Shown here in pieces: positions 58,905 through 64,000 of a stretch of DNA of 64,000 bases. Position 1 is the first letter of the stretch; each line of letters opens with the position of its first letter. Source of the stretch: an uncultured Chloroflexia bacterium. Lineage in GTDB: Bacteria; Chloroflexota; Limnocylindria; Limnocylindrales; CSP1-4. Both the position numbers and the translations under genes were made by a program. Location of the stretch: assembly GCA_963720755.1 (NCBI GenBank), contig CAVRGP010000011.1:576001-640000 (forward strand). Reading direction: 5' to 3'. Below the pieces are notes generated by a model that was not told where the DNA came from, did not search any database, and saw only the letters and a program-made list of their open reading frames with translations.

Positions 58905-59968
58905 GCCGCCATCCGTTCGCTCAGGCTGAGGGCGAGGACCATCGCAGAGGCGATCGCGAGCACCGCCCCGAGCAGCCCGACGAGGAAGGTCGTCTGGCTG
59001 CGCCCGACGACCGCACCGGGAGCCCCGTGGGCGATCAGGAGGGGCACCTCGGCGGACGCCGCCACGACCAGCGTTTCGGGTTCGATCTCGAATGTCCGTT
59101 CGGCTTCGGCCGCCTGAGCCGGGGTGGCCAACGACATCGGGCGGGCAGACGGGTCGATGACGGGTGCGGTGACCGGCCGGCCGATGCCGAACCCCGGGAT
59201 CGCCGCGTTCCCCCAGGCAGTTTCGGCATCCCGGGCCAGCGTGCCCGCCGCGCGGGCGGCCGCCAGGTCCGCGGCGATCTCCGGGTCGTCCAGGAGAGGG
59301 TCGGACCCGGAACCGATGTCGGCCGAGGTCGGATCGGCCAGGTCGGAGAAGGGGAGGGCCCGCCCGATGATGGTGACGGCATCGCCGGGCTCCAGGCGAG
59401 ACTCCCGGTAGTGGTGCCGGTCGTGCCGTTCCCTGGAGGACAGGCCGAAGTCCGGGGGCGCTTCGTCGTGGACCCGGAGCAGCGCGGCGATCGCCAGGTC
59501 GCGATCGAGTTCGCCGACCTGGGTCGAGCCCCCGCGCCGGATGGCCAGGCCCGTCGGTTCATCGCCGCTGATGCTCGTCTCCGCCTCGTAGCGGACCGGG
59601 GCATCGAACCGGGCGCCACGCGGGAACACGCGGAGGCTGCCCGTCTCGTCGCGGATCCGAAAGCCGATCGATCGTTCTTCCGCGTAGGCGGGGTTGTCCC
59701 CCAGGCCCTCGAAGCGAGCATCGATCGTCGAGCGGTAGTACACGCACGGCATGCTCTGGAGGAGCGACACGAGGGTCATCTCGGCCGGCTCGATGACACC
59801 GCTGACCCGGACCTCGCCGGCCGCCAGTGACCCGATCCTCGATGTGGAGATCCCCGACACGCGGACGAGTCCGCGGTAGCCGGCCATGCCCCGGGCCAGG
59901 ACGAACAGGCCCGCCGCCACGCCCACGCCGGCCAGGATGGTGATGTTCGGGTCGGCGAACGAGTCCAC
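58901..59968 (-). CDS. GIDE/BAM-domain membrane protein
   Basis: TM segments at both ends; TSRIGSLAAGEVRVSG, PCVYY, FRIRDETGSLRV, YRESRLEPGDAVTIIG. Adjacent to lemA. Confidence 0.75.
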   Translation of the reverse strand: MDSFADPNITILAGVGVAAGLFVLARGMAGYRGLVRVSGISTSRIGSLAAGEVRVSGVIEPAEMTLVSLLQSMPCVYYRSTIDARFEGLGDNPAYAEERSIGFRIRDETGSLRVFPRGARFDAPVRYEAETSISGDEPTGLAIRRGGSTQVGELDRDLAIAALLRVHDEAPPDFGLSSRERHDRHHYRESRLEPGDAVTIIGRALPFSDLADPTSADIGSGSDPLLDDPEIAADLAAARAAGTLARDAETAWGNAAIPGFGIGRPVTAPVIDPSARPMSLATPAQAAEAERTFEIEPETLVVAASAEVPLLIAHGAPGAVVGRSQTTFLVGLLGAVLAIASAMVLALSLSERMAA

Positions 59969-59991
59969 CCGCCCATCCTACGTGACGGCCA

Positions 59992-61389
59992 TCAGGCCAG
60001 GGTCACGACCAGGTTCGGGCGGAGCAGGAACGGCGGCAGGCACGCCGGGATGTTCGAGAATGGCAGGACGTCCGGATGCAACTCGATCCCGAGGACCTTG
60101 GCCATGAACCGCCGCCGGGCCTCGATGCGAGCCCATGCCCCTGGATAGCGAACTGCGAGTAGCGCCCGGAGCGTCTCGTCGGCCAGCGCGATCCCGTCCT
60201 CGATGTTGGTCGTGAAGTAGGGCGTGCCGGTCGCCGGGATGATGTCGACCTGGAGGGCCATCCCGGACCGCAACTCGATCGCGGAGCCCGGTCCCACGGG
60301 CGAATTGACCCACTCGTCCAGATGGAGCTGGTGTCCGGGGTTGAGGAAGATCCCGAAGAACGGATCGCCAAGGTGGCGGTCGATGATCGCCTGGAGCGCC
60401 CCACCCGTCTGCCCGATATGGAGTGCCTCGTACCAGTCGGCGACCGCGCTGAAATACGGACCCACGAGTCGGTCGACATAGTCGCGGATCGGTGGCGGCA
60501 TCTCGGCCGCCTCCTCGACCACGAAGCCGGCGCGACAGGTCAGGGCACCCCAGATCCCGAACGCCACGGTGAAGGGGTCCCCGCGCTCGATGACCCGATC
60601 CCCGGGGCTGAGCAGGCCGAGCGCGGCCCGCGGCCCCGCCGTCAGCATCAGATGGCACGACAGCGGTGTCCCGTCCCAGCCGAGCCATCGCACGGCCTCC
60701 GACTCGCGCATCCCCGGTCGCAGGTCCCGGAGCAATCGGGACACCCCTGACGAGGTCTGGCACGATGCGAATTCGAATGCGGCCAACTGGTCGACATCGT
60801 TGATGACCCGAAGACCGTCGGCGGCGTCGATCATGAGATCGCCGGCATTCTCGACCAGGCCCGTGCCGCCGACGAGCTCGCGGAGTGCATCGACGATGAA
60901 GGCCGGCGCCTCCATCGTGGCCCGCGTCGCGTAGGTCTTCCAGCCGATGACCCCGACTCGGCTGCCGCGTTCGATGCCCTGGTCGCCGAGGATCTCCTGA
61001 AGGGGTCGGGATCGGTCCCGCGGCTGACCCGGCAGGCTGAAGTCCTGGAACCGGTATCGCTCCATCGGCAGCGGGGCGGCGTCGGCCATCCCCCAGCACT
61101 CATTGCCCACGAGCAGGCCCGGCCGGCCCGTCCAGCCAAGCACGAGCAGCGCCTCCTCGAACCGGGGATCGAACCCGGACAGGAACGACAGGTTCGCACT
61201 GTGCTCGCGATCCGCGTAGACGAGGAGATGGTCGTAGCCACGCTCCTCCGCCCGGGCGCGCAGGGCCTCCACCCTCGCCGCGTACGTCGCGGTCGGCAGT
61301 TCGGGCCGGATCTCCGGCAGGCCGAACTCCGGCAGCTCGACTTCGGCCAGGTGGACCGCCTGCGATGCCGTCCGTCGGGTCGCGCTCAC
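59992..61389 (-). CDS. M24/creatinase-fold hydrolase (Xaa-Pro aminopeptidase-like); in frame with the upstream CRTAC1 ORF as sequenced
   Basis: YADREHSANL..LSGFDPRFEE, NPGHQLH, ALQVDII, NIEDG. GTG at 61389 overlaps a TGA in the neighbouring frame. Confidence 0.72.
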   Translation of the reverse strand: MSATRRTASQAVHLAEVELPEFGLPEIRPELPTATYAARVEALRARAEERGYDHLLVYADREHSANLSFLSGFDPRFEEALLVLGWTGRPGLLVGNECWGMADAAPLPMERYRFQDFSLPGQPRDRSRPLQEILGDQGIERGSRVGVIGWKTYATRATMEAPAFIVDALRELVGGTGLVENAGDLMIDAADGLRVINDVDQLAAFEFASCQTSSGVSRLLRDLRPGMRESEAVRWLGWDGTPLSCHLMLTAGPRAALGLLSPGDRVIERGDPFTVAFGIWGALTCRAGFVVEEAAEMPPPIRDYVDRLVGPYFSAVADWYEALHIGQTGGALQAIIDRHLGDPFFGIFLNPGHQLHLDEWVNSPVGPGSAIELRSGMALQVDIIPATGTPYFTTNIEDGIALADETLRALLAVRYPGAWARIEARRRFMAKVLGIELHPDVLPFSNIPACLPPFLLRPNLVVTLA

Positions 61390-63105
61390 GGTCGCGGGAC
61401 CCAGGGCACGATCGACGGCGGGGTCCCGCGACACGATCGCGTACTCGTTGGCGGCGATGTCCTGCCAGGGCCCGAACGATCCATCGGGCCACTGCACGCG
61501 AACCTGGGCGGTCGAGGCAGGACCGAGCCCAAAATGGATCCAGCCGAGCTGGCCGCCGGCGTGACCACCGCCGATCGTCACCTCGCGCACGACGACGCGA
61601 TCCCCCGTCTTGACCTGGATCCACGATCCGATGGCGTCACGATTCGGTCCCGGCTGGACGAGTCGGAGGCCGATCCAGCCACCCATCGCCGCCGGTGCGG
61701 CGGCATCGCCCCAACCGACATCGCGCCAGAGCTTGACGTCCGACATCCGCTTCACCTCGACGAGATCCACCATCCCGTCCATGTTGAGGTCGACCAGGGC
61801 CGCACCGCGGCCGCGTTCGAAGTCGACGATCCCGGCCTGCTGGGCCACCTCGACGAACGAACCGTCGGCCTGGCCCAGGAACAGGTTGCTGGGGTCCCTG
61901 GCGGCGAAGTCGGGCATCGCCTCGACGTTCCCCTTCGAGATGTACAGGTCCATGTACGTGTCGTTGTTCACGTCCTCGAACTCCGGGTGCCAACCGGTGG
62001 ACCCGAGGGTCGTGTCACCGACGAACGGTCGATTCGCGGTCACGCCATCGCGCAGGGCGATGTCCTGATAGGTCGGGCCGGTCGCACCGCTCGAGAGCGT
62101 CTGGAGCTTGTTGTCGTTCTGGCTGGTGAGGAAGATCTCCGGACGTCCGTCCCCGTTCAGGTCCTGGCTCGCGATACCCATGCCCCAGATCTTGACGGGC
62201 TTCCAGCCGTCGGCCTCCGTGTACAGCCGCGGCGGCTGTCCGGGGAGGATCTGCCACAACTGCTCCTCGCCACCACTGTTGTCGCGGTAATAGTGGCGAT
62301 CGTTCGAGATCCGCAGGTCGGTCTGTCCGGAGTGGCTCCAATCGCTGAACAGCATCGACAGGTCGCACCAACTGGGCGACAGGGGCACCGGAGGGCCATA
62401 GCCGTTCCCGGTGGAGGCCGGACGGATCAGAACGTTGCCGGCACAGCGCTCGATCCCGTCCGCGGCCGCCGGCCGCTGCAGGTAGTCGCCGACGGCGAGC
62501 GTCGGGAGGGTCGCCCCCTGTTCCCAGGTGGCACTGAAGGCGGTCGTCCAGCCGTCGCCGCCGTCGAAATGCCAGGCCTCATTGGCACGCTCGAACCGGC
62601 AGTCTCCCAGGCCCCGGAGGAGGACGTTCTCGCCGTTCCGGAGCACCGCCAGATCCGTCTTGCCGTCACCGTCGATGTCGATCGGGTACGCGCCGGTCAC
62701 CGCATCCATGTCGGTGGTGGTGGCAGGCACGACCTGGAACCTGAGTGGACCGCCGACCGTGCTTTCGTTGCGATACAGCGCGGCCTGACCGCTGCCGCCC
62801 GCGAGGTAGAGGTCCGGCCGGCCGTCGTCGTTGCAGTCGAGGACGGCGACGCCGCCACCGACGTAGTAGTCGAAGTCCCCGAGATACTTCTGGGCGACAC
62901 CTGACGCGGTCGTCTCATCGATGAACCGCGGGGGATCCATCGCCGACCCCCCGTTTGCGATCACGCCGGCGCCGACCGCGATCAGGCTGCCCCCGATGAC
63001 CACGACCGCGATGGCCAGGACGAGCCAGACGACCCTGGGCGCCCGGCGCACCCCGTCGGTGGCCGTGGCGCGCGTCGCGGGGAATGGGTCCGTCACGCCG
63101 GGCAT
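61386..63105 (-). CDS. CRTAC1 / ASPIC-UnbV family FG-GAP repeat protein, membrane-anchored
   Basis: N-terminal TM; six D-x-[DN]-x-DG-like repeats (DCNDDGRPDL, DIDGDGKTDL, DLNGDGRPEI and others); NRDAIG..HFGLG..VQWPDG. Probable frameshift near 61430; as sequenced it reads through to 59992. Confidence 0.85.
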
Positions 63106-63186
63106 TGTGCCGCAGACCCGCTCGAACCGTCGGTCGGCGCGGGCCTGCGACGTCCCGGTGCGCCCGACCCGGGGTGCGCTTGGAGC

Positions 63187-63999
63187 CTACGCGCCGTCGC
63201 CCGCCGTGAAGATCCGTTCGATGACCCGCAGGTTCGCCACGGCATCCTGGGGTGGGGTCGGGACCCGCCTGCCGTCGAGGATCGCCGCCGCGAACCGGTC
63301 GGCCTCGACGGTATAGGGATCGGCGGTCGGGAAGGTCAGGACCTCGATACCTGGGGCGACGGGCGGGTCGCCGCCAGCCACGATCGAGATCCTGGTCGGC
63401 CGGTCGGGCGGGATATTGAACGGGATCTGGATCGAGATCCGGCCAGTCGTCCCATAGATGTCGACCCGCTGGTCACTCTCCATCCGGGTCGAGCAGGTGA
63501 ACGTCGCGACGCCGTCCGGGAACGTCAGCATGGCACTGGTGACGATGTCGACGCCACTGGATGGGTCGCGGGTGACGACCGCCTTGACGTCGATCGGCTC
63601 GCTCCCGAACAGCATCCGCGACAGGTTCACGTTGTAGCTGCCGACGTCGTACAGGGCGCCGCCACCGAACGCGGCGATGTTCCGGATGTTGTCGGCGTCG
63701 TCGTTGAAGTACGAGAACCAGCTATCGACGGCCACGAGGCGTCCGATCCGGCCGGAGGCCAGCAACCCTCGAGCAGCATCCCACGACGGATGGAGGCGAT
63801 ACATGAACGCCTCCATCAGCTGGACACCTTCGGCCTCGCAGGCATCGACCATCCGCTGGGCGTCCACGGCAGTCATTGCCAGCGGCTTCTCGCACAGCAC
63901 GTGCTTGCCGGCGCGCGCGGCGGCGATCGTCCACTCGGCATGGAGGTGGTTGGGCAACGGGATGTAGACGGCATCGACCTCCGGATCGGCCAGCAGCGA
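63187..63999 (-). CDS. Gfo/Idh/MocA family oxidoreductase (5' end outside window)
   Basis: LLADPEVDAVYIPLPNHLH, GKHVLCEKP, EAFMYR.HP, GGGALYDVGSY. Confidence 0.93.
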   Translation of the reverse strand, partial: SLLADPEVDAVYIPLPNHLHAEWTIAAARAGKHVLCEKPLAMTAVDAQRMVDACEAEGVQLMEAFMYRLHPSWDAARGLLASGRIGRLVAVDSWFSYFNDDADNIRNIAAFGGGALYDVGSYNVNLSRMLFGSEPIDVKAVVTRDPSSGVDIVTSAMLTFPDGVATFTCSTRMESDQRVDIYGTTGRISIQIPFNIPPDRPTRISIVAGGDPPVAPGIEVLTFPTADPYTVEADRFAAAILDGRRVPTPPQDAVANLRVIERIFTAGDGA

Positions 64000-64000
64000 C

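Noticed and set aside
55987-63105. Enediyne biosynthetic gene cluster
   Set aside because: unbU/unbV-like genes are present, but there is no iterative PKS, thioesterase or other cassette gene in the window.
53948-64000. Integrative element at tRNA-Asn
   Set aside because: No integrase, and I did not spot a duplicated tRNA 3' end within the window.

Overview
High-GC bacterial chromosomal segment. The single-subunit GlyQS, gene order and RpoD style suggest Chloroflexota, possibly Limnocylindria/Ellin6529-like; this is inference only. Housekeeping core: tsaD-rsmA-ispE-ridA-glmU-hlyC, a polyprenyl synthase, recO-dipeptidase-glyQS, nfnAB and fpr, ppdK, then later dnaG-rpoD, a split MgtE-N/NRAMP Mg transporter pair and tRNA-Asn(GTT). 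About 28 kb of accessory genes lie between ppdK and dnaG (secreted enzymes, a two-component system, glpK, MFS pumps, GGDEF and EAL proteins, an AlkZ-like glycosylase and arsR-arsP-thioredoxin). The last 9 kb hold a co-oriented minus-strand cluster of poorly understood genes: Gfo/Idh/MocA oxidoreductase, CRTAC1/ASPIC-UnbV, an M24/creatinase-fold protein, GIDE/BAM-LemA-histidine phosphatase, an RnfD/UnbU-like membrane protein and AhpD. No enediyne PKS is present. Other highlights are a candidate anti-Shine-Dalgarno sRNA behind a TCTCAG-N5-TCTCAG box (36.8 kb), four TTGACA hexamers upstream of dnaG-rpoD, a Trp-rich ~180-aa insert in RpoD, many leaderless genes and two probable frameshifts. I saw no CRISPR array, rRNA, integrase or transposase. 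Family calls come from motif recognition, not database searches.
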